Assembly (NCBI GenBank): GCA_043822705.1
Contig: JBDRBK010000163.1
Coordinates: 1 to 15,879, forward strand
From: Fidelibacterota bacterium
Lineage (GTDB): Bacteria > Fidelibacterota > Marinisomatia > Marinisomatales > TCS56
Reading direction: 5' to 3'
DNA: 15,879 nucleotides
Position numbers and translations under genes: made by a program. A model generated the notes under the pieces. It did no database searches. It was not told the origin of the DNA and saw only the letters and a program-made list of their open reading frames with translations. Shown here in pieces: positions 1-12,365 of the stretch. Position 1 is the stretch's first letter, and each line of letters begins with the position of its first letter.

Positions 1-164
1 CCCGAAACAACGATCATGCCCTTAGTGGCCAGCGTTTCACAGGCTACCCGTGATTCCGGGTCCTGCCGCAGAAGATCGTCCAGGATGGCGTCGGAAATCG
101 CGTCGCAGACTTTATCAGGATGTCCTTCGGTCACTGATTCGGATGTGAATAAATAATTGCTCAT
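1..164 (-). CDS. metK: S-adenosylmethionine synthetase, N-terminal part (continues beyond the window start; absent from the ORF track)
   Basis: Manual translation from ATG at 164: [54 protein letters not shown], the Met[14 protein letters not shown] signature. AAGGAG lies 5 nt upstream of the ATG. Confidence 0.97.
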   Translation of the reverse strand, partial: MSNYLFTSESVTEGHPDKVCDAISDAILDDLLRQDPESRVACETLATKGMIVVS

Positions 165-212
165 TTCAACTCCTTGGATTAGTTGGTTTTCTATTAATTC
201 TCCAATCGCCGG

Positions 213-1157
213 CTACTTCAAGCGATCAATTATCTCGGTAATTATGCTGGCGTCATTCATAATGTAAAAATGGATATTTTTGACACCCTGGTTCAACAGG
301 TCGGAACATTGATTGTAAGCCCATTCGCAGCCGATCTCCTTGATATGATCGGGATTCTCACGGATTTCATCCACCAGTTCGTCCGGTATATCGACGTAAA
401 AATTGCGGGGAATATTGTTGAGCTGGGAAATACGATCCAGCACTTTAATCCCGGGAATGATCGGCACCGTGATCCCGGCCTCCCGGCAGCGTTCCAGAAA
501 AGTGAAATATTTCTGGTTGTTGAACACCATCTGCGTCACCACATAATCAGCGCCGGCGGCGACTTTGGCCTTCAGATGATCGATATCGGTCTTCAGATTG
601 GGCGCCTCAAAATGTTTCTCGGGATACCCCCCCACGCCAACACAAAAATTGGTCGCCTCGGCATTGATGATATCCTCCAGGTACTGGCCGCGGTTCATGT
701 TGTTGATCTGCTCCACCAGTTCCCGGGCATAGAGATTGACGCTACGTTCCTTATTAAACGGTTTCTTGTAATTGGTCTCGTCGCCGCGCACGGCCAGCAC
801 ATTTTCAATCCCCAGGTAATTCAGCTCGATCAGGGCATCCTCGGTTTCTTCCCGGGTAAAGCCGCGGCAGAGCAGGTGGGCCACCGTATCAATTTTGAAA
901 CGGTTCTGGATAATGCCGCAGATGCTGATCGTCCCCGGGCGTTTCTTGCGCACATGGCGCCGGACCGTGCCATCGGCCTGATCCTCGTAATAGGCTTCCG
1001 CCGAGTGACTGGTCACGTCGATGTACGGCGGATCGTAGGGCTGCAACTGCTTGACGATGTCAATGATTTCCTGGGCGCTCTTGCCGCGCGGCGGCGGGAT
1101 AATTTCATAGCTGAAAAGTTGCGCTGTAGCACGTTCGATGTGTTCGATAACTTTCAT
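213..1157 (-). CDS. metF: 5,10-methylenetetrahydrofolate reductase
   Basis: 314 aa with FSYEIIPP, AHLLC, LAVRGD, GGYPEKH, KVAAGADYVVTQMVF and HFYIMN motifs of MetF. It lies between metH and metK. Confidence 0.95.
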   Translation of the reverse strand: MKVIEHIERATAQLFSYEIIPPPRGKSAQEIIDIVKQLQPYDPPYIDVTSHSAEAYYEDQADGTVRRHVRKKRPGTISICGIIQNRFKIDTVAHLLCRGFTREETEDALIELNYLGIENVLAVRGDETNYKKPFNKERSVNLYARELVEQINNMNRGQYLEDIINAEATNFCVGVGGYPEKHFEAPNLKTDIDHLKAKVAAGADYVVTQMVFNNQKYFTFLERCREAGITVPIIPGIKVLDRISQLNNIPRNFYVDIPDELVDEIRENPDHIKEIGCEWAYNQCSDLLNQGVKNIHFYIMNDASIITEIIDRLK

Positions 1158-1164
1158 AATTCCA

Positions 1165-4100
1165 TCAAAATTTAGTCGGGTTGTCCGGTTCGTAAACCAG
1201 GTTGGCGGTTAGATGATTCTCGACCAGTGCAACCGGCCGGCCCTGGCGCCGGGCATAATCGTGGACCTGGTCGCGATCGAGCTTGCCGACGCTGAAATAG
1301 CGAGCCTGAGGATGAGCAAAATACCAGCCGGAAATCGAGGCCGCCGGTTCCATGGCGAAATTCTCGGTCAGAGTAACGCCGATACGGCTCGGCGCCGCCA
1401 GCAGGTCAAATAGCATTTGTTTCTGGGAATGGTCAGGACAGGCCGGATAACCGGGAGCCGGCCGGATGCCCTGAAATTTTTCCGCCAGCAGATCGGCCGG
1501 TGCCAGCGTTTCAGCTACGGCGTAACCCCAGAATTGGCGGCGGATCAGTTCATGCAGCTTTTCCGCCAGCGCTTCCGCCAGCCGGTCCGCCAGCGCTTTC
1601 ACCATAATGCTGTGGTATTCGTCATTCACGGCCGAATATTCAGCGGCCAGGTCGCGGGCGCCGAATCCGGTGCTGACTACGAAGCCACCCAGCCAATCGT
1701 TGACGCCTGAATCGACCGGGGCAATAAAATCACTGAGACAAAAGTACGGTCCGTCGGCACTGGATGCGGTCTGCTGCCGCAGCCAGTGAGTGCTATAATG
1801 GTCACCAGCGCTGACGATGCGAATGTCATCGCCGACGGAATTAGCCGGAAAAATACCACATACGGCCCGCGCCGTCAGTTTCCGCTCCCGAATAATCAGA
1901 TCTAACAGCGACCGGGCATTTTCCAGCAGTTCCCGGGCCTGCGGACCAACCTGCGCGTCAGACAAAAGCGCCGGGTAGCGCCCCTTGAGCTCCCAGACAT
2001 GGAAGAATGGCGTCCAGTCGATGTACGGCACCAGGTCCGCCAGCGGAAAATCGTTCAGGGTCGTGATACCCGGCTGGGCCGGTGCCGTAGGTCGGTAATC
2101 GTGCCACTCGATCCGTGGTCGCCGGCGCCGGGCTTCATCCAGTGGCACCGGTTTTCTGGCCGGACCGCCGGCCCGTGACTGGCGCAGCTTCTGGTAAGAA
2201 TCCTTCACCGTGTTTATAAAATCAGGGGCGGAACCTTCGGCCAGCAGATTATTAACGACACCGACACTGCGGGAGGCATCACTGACATGCACCACCGCCC
2301 CGGAATACTCCGAATCGATTTTCAGTGCCGTGTGAATCTTCGATGTGGTAGCCCCGCCGATCAGCAGTGGTATCCGGAAATTTTGCCGCTCCAGTTCGCG
2401 GGCGATACGGGTCATCTCATTCAGGGACGGTGTTATCAGTCCGCTGAGCCCGATAATGTCAGCCCGATGCTCGCGCGCCGCGGCCAGGATGCGGTCCATC
2501 GGCACCATGACGCCCAGATCAATTATCTCATAATTATTGCAGCCCAGGACGACTCCGACAATATTTTTGCCGATATCATGGACATCGCCCTTGACCGTAG
2601 CCAGCACGATTTTACCACGAGCGGCTACGGCTCGACCAGCCCGGTGACGTTCTTCTTCAATGAAAGGTATCAAGCAGGACACGGCCTTTTTCATCACCCG
2701 GGCACTTTTTACCACCTGCGGCAGGAACATTTTACCGGCCCCGAACAGGTCGCCCACCACCGCCATAGCGTCCATCAGAGGACCTTCGATCACATCCAGC
2801 GCCCAGTCACTCTGCCGACGGATTTCATCCACATCCGACTCGATGTGGTCCACGATTCCCTCCACCAGCGCGTGGCGGAGGCGCTCCCTAACCGGCAGAT
2901 CGCGCCATTCCCGGTTGGCCTGCTGACGGGGTCCGGCGGACTGATATTTATGCGCCAGCTCCGTCAGGCATTCGGTGGCCTCCGGACGCCGGTTCAGGAT
3001 TACATCCTCGGCGGCGGAGCACAGCTCGGCGGGCAGGTCATCGTAGATCGCCAGTTGTCCCGCGTTGACGATGCCCATGTCCAGACCGGCCTGAATCGCA
3101 TGATACAGAAACACCGAATGCAGCGCTTCCCTAATCTGGTCCTGGCCGCGGAAGGAAAAAGAAATATTGCTGACGCCGCCGCTGACCAGGCAGCGGGGAT
3201 ATTTCTGCTTGAGCGTCCGGCAGGCCGCGATAAAATCGACGGCGAAATTGTTGTGCTCGGCGATCCCGGTGGCTACGGCGAAAATATTGGGATCGAAAAT
3301 AATATCCTGCTCGGGAAAACCGATAATCCCGGTCAGCAGGTCGTGGGCTCGTTGGCAGACGGCGACCTTGCGGTCGTGGCTGTCGGCCTGGCCGTCTTCG
3401 TCGAAGGCCATGACGATCACCGCCGCGCCGTAGCGCCGGATCAGCCGGGCCCGCTCCAGAAAGGTTTTTTCACCGTCCTTGAGACTGATGGAATTGACGA
3501 TGCCTTTGCCCTGCAGGCACTTGAGGCCGGTCTCGATAACGGCCCAGTCCGATGAATCCAGCATCACCGGCACCCGACTGACGGCCGGGTCAGAGGCGAT
3601 CATTTTCAGGAAAGTATCCATGGCCGCGACCGCGTCCAGCAATCCTGCATCCATGTTGATATCGATCACCTGGGCGCCGTTGTCGATCTGCTGGCGGGCG
3701 ACGGCCAACGCCGCCTCATAATCGCCGTTTTTGATCAGCCGGGCGAACCGGGCGGAACCGCTCACATTGGTACGTTCGCCCACATTGACGAACAGCGAAT
3801 CGGGCCGGATCGTCAACGCTTCGAGACCGCTGAGCCGGGTGAAGGGCGGAACCACCGGTATTGTTCGGGGTGCACAGCCTTCGACTGCCCTGACCAGCGC
3901 ACGGATATGTTCCGGGGTGGTGCCGCAACAGCCGCCGACGATATTGACCAACCCGGAATGGGCGAATTCGCCCACCAGCCGGGCTATATTTTCCGGTGAC
4001 TGATCGTACTCGCCCAGTTCGTTGGGCAGGCCGGCATTGGGATGCACGGATACCAGGGTGCCGGTGATTTCAGCCAGCTCCTGCAGGTGCGGCCGCAGTT

Positions 4101-4845
4101 CGGCGGCTCCCAAAGAACAATTCAGTCCGATGCAAAATGGTTCGGCATGACTGATCGAATTGACGAATGCTTCGATCGTCTGACCGGAAAGCGTCCGGCC
4201 GCTGGCATCGACAATCGTTCCCGATATCATCACCGGTATCGGGCTGTTCAGCCTTTCGCGGACTGCGGCGATGGCGAACAGGGCCGCCCGGCAATTGAGG
4301 GTATCAAAAACCGTTTCGACCAGCAGCAGATCGACTCCACCTTCGATCAACGCGGTCGCCTGGACGCTGTAAGCGGTCTGTAATTCATCAAAGCTGACAT
4401 TGCGGTACTCGGGCCGGTCCACTGCCGGCGAAATGGAGGCGGTGCGATTGGTGGGACCCAGCACGCCGGCTACGAACCGTGGCTGGTCCGGTTCCCTGCC
4501 GCTGAATTCGTCGGCAACCGTACGGGCGATCCGCGCGGAAGCGAGATTCATTTCATAACTGAGTTCCGCCAGGTGGTAGTCACGCTGAGAGATGCCATTG
4601 GCGTTGAAGGTGTTGGTCTCGATAATATCCGCCCCGGCTTCCAGGTAAGCCCGGTGAATCGCCGCGACTGTCTCCGGCGCCGCAAGCGAAAGCAGATCGT
4701 TATTGCCTTGCAGATCGATGGGGTGGTCGGCAAATCGCTGCCCGCGAAAATCCGCTTCCTTCAACTGCAGCGCCTGCAGCATGGTACCCATAGCCCCATC
4801 AAGGACCAGGATCCGGTTTTTTAATATTTCCGATAGTGTTCGCAT
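1165..4845 (-). CDS. metH: Cobalamin-dependent methionine synthase, full length
   Basis: 1226 aa. Homocysteine-binding domain (LDGAMGT, GLNC, GGCCGT), pterin domain (VGERTN), B12-binding motif [11 protein letters not shown] and reactivation domain ([12 protein letters not shown]). Confidence 0.98.
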   Translation of the reverse strand: MRTLSEILKNRILVLDGAMGTMLQALQLKEADFRGQRFADHPIDLQGNNDLLSLAAPETVAAIHRAYLEAGADIIETNTFNANGISQRDYHLAELSYEMNLASARIARTVADEFSGREPDQPRFVAGVLGPTNRTASISPAVDRPEYRNVSFDELQTAYSVQATALIEGGVDLLLVETVFDTLNCRAALFAIAAVRERLNSPIPVMISGTIVDASGRTLSGQTIEAFVNSISHAEPFCIGLNCSLGAAELRPHLQELAEITGTLVSVHPNAGLPNELGEYDQSPENIARLVGEFAHSGLVNIVGGCCGTTPEHIRALVRAVEGCAPRTIPVVPPFTRLSGLEALTIRPDSLFVNVGERTNVSGSARFARLIKNGDYEAALAVARQQIDNGAQVIDINMDAGLLDAVAAMDTFLKMIASDPAVSRVPVMLDSSDWAVIETGLKCLQGKGIVNSISLKDGEKTFLERARLIRRYGAAVIVMAFDEDGQADSHDRKVAVCQRAHDLLTGIIGFPEQDIIFDPNIFAVATGIAEHNNFAVDFIAACRTLKQKYPRCLVSGGVSNISFSFRGQDQIREALHSVFLYHAIQAGLDMGIVNAGQLAIYDDLPAELCSAAEDVILNRRPEATECLTELAHKYQSAGPRQQANREWRDLPVRERLRHALVEGIVDHIESDVDEIRRQSDWALDVIEGPLMDAMAVVGDLFGAGKMFLPQVVKSARVMKKAVSCLIPFIEEERHRAGRAVAARGKIVLATVKGDVHDIGKNIVGVVLGCNNYEIIDLGVMVPMDRILAAAREHRADIIGLSGLITPSLNEMTRIARELERQNFRIPLLIGGATTSKIHTALKIDSEYSGAVVHVSDASRSVGVVNNLLAEGSAPDFINTVKDSYQKLRQSRAGGPARKPVPLDEARRRRPRIEWHDYRPTAPAQPGITTLNDFPLADLVPYIDWTPFFHVWELKGRYPALLSDAQVGPQARELLENARSLLDLIIRERKLTARAVCGIFPANSVGDDIRIVSAGDHYSTHWLRQQTASSADGPYFCLSDFIAPVDSGVNDWLGGFVVSTGFGARDLAAEYSAVNDEYHSIMVKALADRLAEALAEKLHELIRRQFWGYAVAETLAPADLLAEKFQGIRPAPGYPACPDHSQKQMLFDLLAAPSRIGVTLTENFAMEPAASISGWYFAHPQARYFSVGKLDRDQVHDYARRQGRPVALVENHLTANLVYEPDNPTKF

Positions 4846-4874
4846 AACAAAAAAGCCGGAGCTAAAACCGGCTT
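4846..4874 (-). terminator. Intrinsic terminator acting as the riboswitch expression platform
   Basis: Minus strand reads AAGCCGG-TTTTAGCT-CCGGCTT-TTTTGTT-ATG: a 7-bp stem with a 5-bp GC core, running into a U6 tract just before the metH start. Confidence 0.8.
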
Positions 4875-4877
4875 GAG

Positions 4878-4930
4878 GCCTTTTTAGCTGCTTTGTTTAA
4901 CGTCGAGGCAATATGGCTCAAATCCCGACG
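4878..4930 (-). ncRNA. SAM-II (SAM_alpha) riboswitch aptamer
   Basis: RNA CGUCG-GGAUUUGAGCCAUAUUGCCU-CGACG-UUAAACAAA-GCAGCUAAAAAGGC. P1 is CGUCG/CGACG. The loop carries GAUUU, GCC and UUGC, which can form a pseudoknot with GGC and GCAG in the 3' GCUAAAAAGG tail. This matches the SAM-II consensus as I recall it and sits upstream of metH-metF-metK. Confidence 0.9.
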
Positions 4931-4937
4931 GTGCTTG

Positions 4938-4966
4938 ATTATAAACAGTTTTTACCTTTGGTTCAA
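4938..4966 (-). promoter_or_regulatory. Sigma70-type promoter of the met operon
   Basis: Minus strand TTGAAC (4966-4961), 17-nt spacer, TATAAT (4943-4938). The aptamer P1 begins 7 nt after the -10 box, about where a transcription start is expected. Confidence 0.8.
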
Positions 4967-4974
4967 AGTCCTTT

Positions 4975-5889
4975 TTAACAGTATTCAGAACCGTCTCCGG
5001 CCGTAATCCGGGAACGGATATTCTTGTCCTTCAGACGCGAACCGGCCAGCACGACACAGTCCGTCAGTTCGCAATTATCGATTCGGCAATCATCCATTAT
5101 TGTCACATGGGGACCGATCACGGAATTGCTGATCCGGCAGCCCGGTCCCACATGGACCGGCTCACGGAATTCCACACCGGGGAAATCCTGGTGATCGGAG
5201 CGCAGCAGCAGGCGGTTGGAACGGAGATAGGTTTCCGGGATACCTGCATCATACCAGACGGCCCCGCGGATAACCCGGAAGGGTTCGCCCCAATTCAGCA
5301 TCACCGTCAGGGCGTCGGTCAACTGGTATTCGCCATTGGTCCTATGGTCATTTTCCAGCAGGTATTCCAGGGCCTGTTTGAGGCGCTGTTCCTGTTGGAA
5401 ATAGTACAGTCCGATGATCGCCAGATTGGTCGGCGGATCGGCGACTTTTTCATGAAAACCGGTAATCCGGTCACCTTCAAGCGCCACTACTCCAAACCGT
5501 TCCGGATCAGCAACCGGCTGCACCGCAATGCCATTTTCAACCAGCGTCCGCAACTTGGGCAATGGGTAGTCATAAACAGCGTCGCCCAGATACACCAGCA
5601 ACGGCTGATCCGTGTCTTGCAATCCCTGCAGGACGGCATGCCCCAGGCCGAGTTGTTCGGTCTGATACACAATTTCAAATTGCCCACGGTATTTTTTCAA
5701 ATGGTCGCTGATCTGATCGCCGAAATGTCCGACGATGAAACTAAGCCGGTCGAAACCCTGAGCCAGCAGGTTTTCGACAATATGATCCAGCAGCGGCTTG
5801 CCGGCCAGGGGCAGCAGCGCTTTTTGAATCTGGTCGGTATGCGGCCGGAGGCGGGTGCCGCGACCCGCCACCGGTATAATTACTTTCAT
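4975..5889 (-). CDS. Sugar-phosphate nucleotidyltransferase (glucose-1-phosphate thymidylyltransferase-like) with a C-terminal hexapeptide-repeat beta-helix
   Basis: 304 aa. IPVAGRGTRLRPHT..KALLPLAGKP, GLGHAV, YLGD, FGVV, EK and GEYQLTDAL motifs, plus C-terminal hexapeptide repeats. GGGGGA RBS. Substrate cannot be determined from sequence. Confidence 0.85.
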   Translation of the reverse strand: MKVIIPVAGRGTRLRPHTDQIQKALLPLAGKPLLDHIVENLLAQGFDRLSFIVGHFGDQISDHLKKYRGQFEIVYQTEQLGLGHAVLQGLQDTDQPLLVYLGDAVYDYPLPKLRTLVENGIAVQPVADPERFGVVALEGDRITGFHEKVADPPTNLAIIGLYYFQQEQRLKQALEYLLENDHRTNGEYQLTDALTVMLNWGEPFRVIRGAVWYDAGIPETYLRSNRLLLRSDHQDFPGVEFREPVHVGPGCRISNSVIGPHVTIMDDCRIDNCELTDCVVLAGSRLKDKNIRSRITAGDGSEYC

Positions 5890-5910
5890 GATCAGTCCCC
5901 CGCGGTTTCC

Positions 5911-6198
5911 TTAAAAATGCTTCTGTTTGTCTTTATATTTCTTAATGCGGGTGATCATGGTACTCACGGCCTGATCAATACTTTTGGTAATATTATCGGA
6001 TGATTCACGCACGTTCAATTTTTCGTGAGGGACCGAAAGATTGATTTCCGCCCAGAATGAATTATTCTCATGGGCCAGGATAATCTGTCCCTGGGTGATC
6101 CGATCGTAATAGTGGTGCAGACGGTTCATTTCTTCCTCGGCATATTCTTTGAGTTGATCGGGGGCTTTGAAATGACGGGCGGTGAATTCAATTACCAT
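5911..6198 (-). CDS. hpf: Ribosome hibernation promoting factor / RaiA family, short form
   Basis: 95 aa. IEFTARHF..LKEYAEE, AEINLSVP and SIDQAV..M..RIKKYKDK match the S30AE/HPF pattern. It follows xerC. Confidence 0.9.
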   Translation of the reverse strand: MVIEFTARHFKAPDQLKEYAEEEMNRLHHYYDRITQGQIILAHENNSFWAEINLSVPHEKLNVRESSDNITKSIDQAVSTMITRIKKYKDKQKHF

Positions 6199-6249
6199 TA
6201 TTTTTACCTTTCATTATTGATTAGCATTGATCACTTACATCCAAACAAG

Positions 6250-6270
6250 ATTCTATCAAATTTCGTACCA
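6250..6270 (-). promoter_or_regulatory. Candidate hpf promoter: sigma54-like -24/-12 element overlapping an extended -10
   Basis: Minus strand TGGTACGAAATTTGATAGAAT. GG-N10-GA has sigma54 spacing, with GA in place of GC. The same bases also read TG-A-TAGAAT. Confidence 0.45.
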
Positions 6271-6297
6271 CACCGGACATGGAGAAAATTGATCGCA

Positions 6298-7218
6298 TCA
6301 GCGGCTGGAGCCTCCGTGCGGATGTGCCTGCCGGTAAATCTTTTTCATCCGGTCCGGTTGCAGGTGCGTATAGACCTGCGTGGATGATAAACTGCTGTGG
6401 CCCAGCAGATCCTTCACCGATCTGATATCGGCCCCGTGATCGAGCATGTGAGTGGCGAAGGTGTGCCGCAATGTGTGCGGACCAAGTGCCGTCCCGGCTG
6501 TCAGGTTCTGCAGATATTTTTTTACCCGGCGCTGAATCGTGCGAATCGAAATACGTCGATTTCCTTTCGTCGTGAACAATGGTTGTCCGGCTTCTGTTCG
6601 ATACTTGGTAATACCTCGTTCCCTGAGAAATTGTTCCAGGGATTTACGGGCCTGGGGACCGAATGGAATAATCCGCTCTTTGTTGCCCTTGCCGCGCACC
6701 TTGACAACCTGATTGTTAAAATCGACATGGCCGATATTCAGCCCGGTCAATTCGCTGAGCCGCATGCCGGTGCTGTAAAACAGCTCCAGAACCGCACGGT
6801 CGCAGAGACCATTCAGGGTGTCGATCCGGGGCGCCGCCATCAATTCATCGATTAATTTCTCGGGGATATAATTGGGCAGTGTTTTGGGGGTCCGGGGTGT
6901 TTTAATCCCAATAGTCGGGTTGGCGGAAATTTCTTCCGCCCGCAGCAGGTATTTGAAAAACGATTTCAGTGAAGCCAGCCGGCGGGCCACCGTTCTGCTG
7001 GAATAGCCCTGCTCAAACTCGGCTCCCAGAAAATGGCGGATAGCCAGTTTGTCGACATTGCCAAAGGTCGTATCGGGCTCACCGGAGTAGGTCTGGATAA
7101 ATGCCTGGAAACGCTGCAAATCCCGGCCGTAGGATTTGAGCGTGTTTTGGGAATAATTACGCTCCTTCCCGATATAACTTAAAAAATCGTTAATAATATC
7201 CGACGGTGGATTATTCAT
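6298..7218 (-). CDS. xerC: Tyrosine recombinase XerC (chromosome dimer resolution)
   Basis: Intact catalytic set R (TGMRLSEL), K (GKGNKER), HxxR (HTLRH), H (LGH) and Y (TQVYTH), with an N-terminal SAM-like domain. Start reassigned to ATG at 7218 (MNNPPSDII, 306 aa), overlapping the rluD stop by 8 nt. XerC versus XerD is not certain. Confidence 0.85.
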   Translation of the reverse strand: MNNPPSDIINDFLSYIGKERNYSQNTLKSYGRDLQRFQAFIQTYSGEPDTTFGNVDKLAIRHFLGAEFEQGYSSRTVARRLASLKSFFKYLLRAEEISANPTIGIKTPRTPKTLPNYIPEKLIDELMAAPRIDTLNGLCDRAVLELFYSTGMRLSELTGLNIGHVDFNNQVVKVRGKGNKERIIPFGPQARKSLEQFLRERGITKYRTEAGQPLFTTKGNRRISIRTIQRRVKKYLQNLTAGTALGPHTLRHTFATHMLDHGADIRSVKDLLGHSSLSSTQVYTHLQPDRMKKIYRQAHPHGGSSR

Positions 7219-8179
7219 TGAAGATCTGTACTTTGGTAAGTAAATATTGCAGGTCCGCCGGCAATGGTGCCTCGAATTGTACCGTTTCGTCCGAATCGGG
7301 GTGACGGAACCGGATTTGAAAAGCATGTAGTGCGTGGCGATTGACCGTATTCAATAAATCCCTGAGAATTTTCCGTACTTCAGGTAAATACCCCCGGCTG
7401 CGATTTACGCCTCCATTATACACTTCATCACCGAAAATTGCAAATCCGGCGTGCGCGGCGTGTACCCGAATCTGGTGTGTACGACCGGTCCGCGGATGAA
7501 AACGGACGTAACTGAGATATCGGAAAGCCTCCAATAACTGGTACTCGGTCTGGGCCGGTTTGCCGTCGATTGCGGCCACGAATCTGGTTGGATCGGTGCG
7601 TTGCCGGCGGATGCCGATGTCGATCAGGCCGGCGGTCGGTTCCCAGACGCCCCAGGTTATTCCCAGGTAGGTTTTCTCAACCTGCCGCTGTTCGAATTGA
7701 CGCGCCAGACGATCATGTGCCCGGTTAGACTTGGCGGCGACGATTAAACCGGACGTGTCCCGGTCCAGGCGGTGAATTATGCCGGGTCGCAACGGTCCAT
7801 TGATATCGGACAACTCACGAAACCGCCAGGCCAGTCCGTTGACCAGCGTGCCGGTCGGATTACCGGTACCGGGATGGACGACCATTCCGGCCGGTTTATT
7901 GATAACAATCAGCGCTTCATCTTCATAGACGACATCAAGCTCAATATTCTCCGGTGTGATTTGGGCGCTTGCGGAGTCTGGCTCGCTCCATTCGATTTGT
8001 ATCTGCTCCCCGCCCTCCAACTGGTAACCGGCTTTTACTGACCGGCCATCCACCGTGACCCGTCCGGCCCGGATTTGTTCCTGAATCAGGGTTCGGGAAT
8101 AATCGGACAATTGCCCGGCCAGGAATTTATCCAGCCTGATTTTTTCCGGCGTGTCGACTGTCAGGGTGAGAATATTCAA
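7211..8179 (-). CDS. rluD: RluA-family 23S rRNA pseudouridine synthase, RluD-like
   Basis: S4-like N-terminus (RLDKFLA..SR), INKPAGMVVHPG, catalytic HRLDRDTSG, TGRTHQIRVH and ALHA motifs. The TTG start overlaps the lspA stop (TTGA). Confidence 0.9.
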   Translation of the reverse strand: MNILTLTVDTPEKIRLDKFLAGQLSDYSRTLIQEQIRAGRVTVDGRSVKAGYQLEGGEQIQIEWSEPDSASAQITPENIELDVVYEDEALIVINKPAGMVVHPGTGNPTGTLVNGLAWRFRELSDINGPLRPGIIHRLDRDTSGLIVAAKSNRAHDRLARQFEQRQVEKTYLGITWGVWEPTAGLIDIGIRRQRTDPTRFVAAIDGKPAQTEYQLLEAFRYLSYVRFHPRTGRTHQIRVHAAHAGFAIFGDEVYNGGVNRSRGYLPEVRKILRDLLNTVNRHALHAFQIRFRHPDSDETVQFEAPLPADLQYLLTKVQIFNE

Positions 8180-8652
8180 GAAACGGTCTGAGCTGCTTCC
8201 AATCGGGGTTGGATAATGATCGAAAAATACAGGAACAGCACCATTCCGATCGTTACCGATGAATCGGCGATGTTGAAAACAGGGAAATGGTGACCCCAGA
8301 AAATAAAATCCAGAAAATCGGTTACCTGGCCAAAAAGAACCCGGTCGATCAGGTTACCGATTGCGCCGGCAAAAATGCAGGCCAGGCCGGTTCGCAGCAG
8401 CAGTGCTTCGCGGCGGACCGCCCACAGATACCAGGCCAGACCGACCGCGGCAATGACGGATACGGCGGTGAACACATAAATCCCGGCCGGGAAATTCAAG
8501 CCGAAGGCCATTCCATCATTGGTGACATGGGTAAAATGGAAAAAATTGCGTACCACCGGTATGGATTCGTGCAAATCCATTCGAGCACGCGTCAACACTT
8601 TGGTAATCTGATCGAGTATTACTAATATAATCGAAAGGTACAGGACCCTCAT
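8176..8652 (-). CDS. lspA: Lipoprotein signal peptidase II
   Basis: DQITK, NDGMAFG, GAIGNLIDR, VTDF and FNIADS motifs with four hydrophobic segments. ATGA overlap with the upstream gene. Confidence 0.96.
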   Translation of the reverse strand: MRVLYLSIILVILDQITKVLTRARMDLHESIPVVRNFFHFTHVTNDGMAFGLNFPAGIYVFTAVSVIAAVGLAWYLWAVRREALLLRTGLACIFAGAIGNLIDRVLFGQVTDFLDFIFWGHHFPVFNIADSSVTIGMVLFLYFSIIIQPRLEAAQTVS

Positions 8653-9044
8653 ACAGGATTCAGTTTTTCCTTATTTTTGCAGGATACGCATTTGTTGGTG
8701 TTGGGAACTTCGATCATCCGTTCTTCGGGAATCAATTCACCGCAGATCGTGCAAGTCCCGAATTCTTCGGTATCGATGCGTTCAATGGCTGTCAGCAGAT
8801 TACGGTAATAATTTTCCTCGCGGGTCATCAGCAAATAACTTTTTTCCCGTTCGTGGGAATCGGTACCGGCATCGGCCATATGCACACCGTAAATGGAATC
8901 CTGCGACATCCCGCCACTGGCATCCCTGGCGGTGTTGATTCCGTCCTGGATCGTGCCGACCTCATCGGCAACTCCTTCCATTTTCTCCAGGATTAGTTTA
9001 CGGAATTCTTGCAGTTTACTTTTTGAGTAGTGTTTATTTGTCAT
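8649..9044 (-). CDS. DksA/TraR-family C4 zinc-finger protein
   Basis: Coiled coil with tip HMADAGTD and C-terminal CTIC..IPEERM..VP....CVSC. ATG at 9044 (131 aa) is preferred to GTG at 9056 because GAGGT lies 5 nt upstream of it. Confidence 0.9.
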   Translation of the reverse strand: MTNKHYSKSKLQEFRKLILEKMEGVADEVGTIQDGINTARDASGGMSQDSIYGVHMADAGTDSHEREKSYLLMTREENYYRNLLTAIERIDTEEFGTCTICGELIPEERMIEVPNTNKCVSCKNKEKLNPV

Positions 9045-9056
9045 GGTAGACCTCAC

Positions 9057-12361
<3,305 letters not shown>

Positions 12362-12365
<4 letters not shown>

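Noticed and set aside
4846..4974. Cobalamin, SAM-I or SAH riboswitch upstream of metH
   Set aside because: The region is short and lacks their conserved cores. The sequence fits SAM-II instead.
270..6003. Long plus-strand ORFs (270..1175, 2287..3555, 5107..6003) and similar shorter ones elsewhere in the window
   Set aside because: They are antisense shadows of well-supported minus-strand genes, with no recognisable motifs. Such ORFs are expected from codon bias in moderately GC-rich DNA.
6298..7218. Tyrosine recombinase as a phage, integron or island integrase
   Set aside because: Its length and motifs are XerC-like and it overlaps rluD in a housekeeping operon. I saw no att repeats, tRNA, cargo genes or dif-like site nearby.
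7219..7326. 36-aa N-terminal extension of XerC in the ORF track
   Set aside because: It lies wholly inside rluD and does not resemble XerC. The ATG at 7218 gives a normal length.
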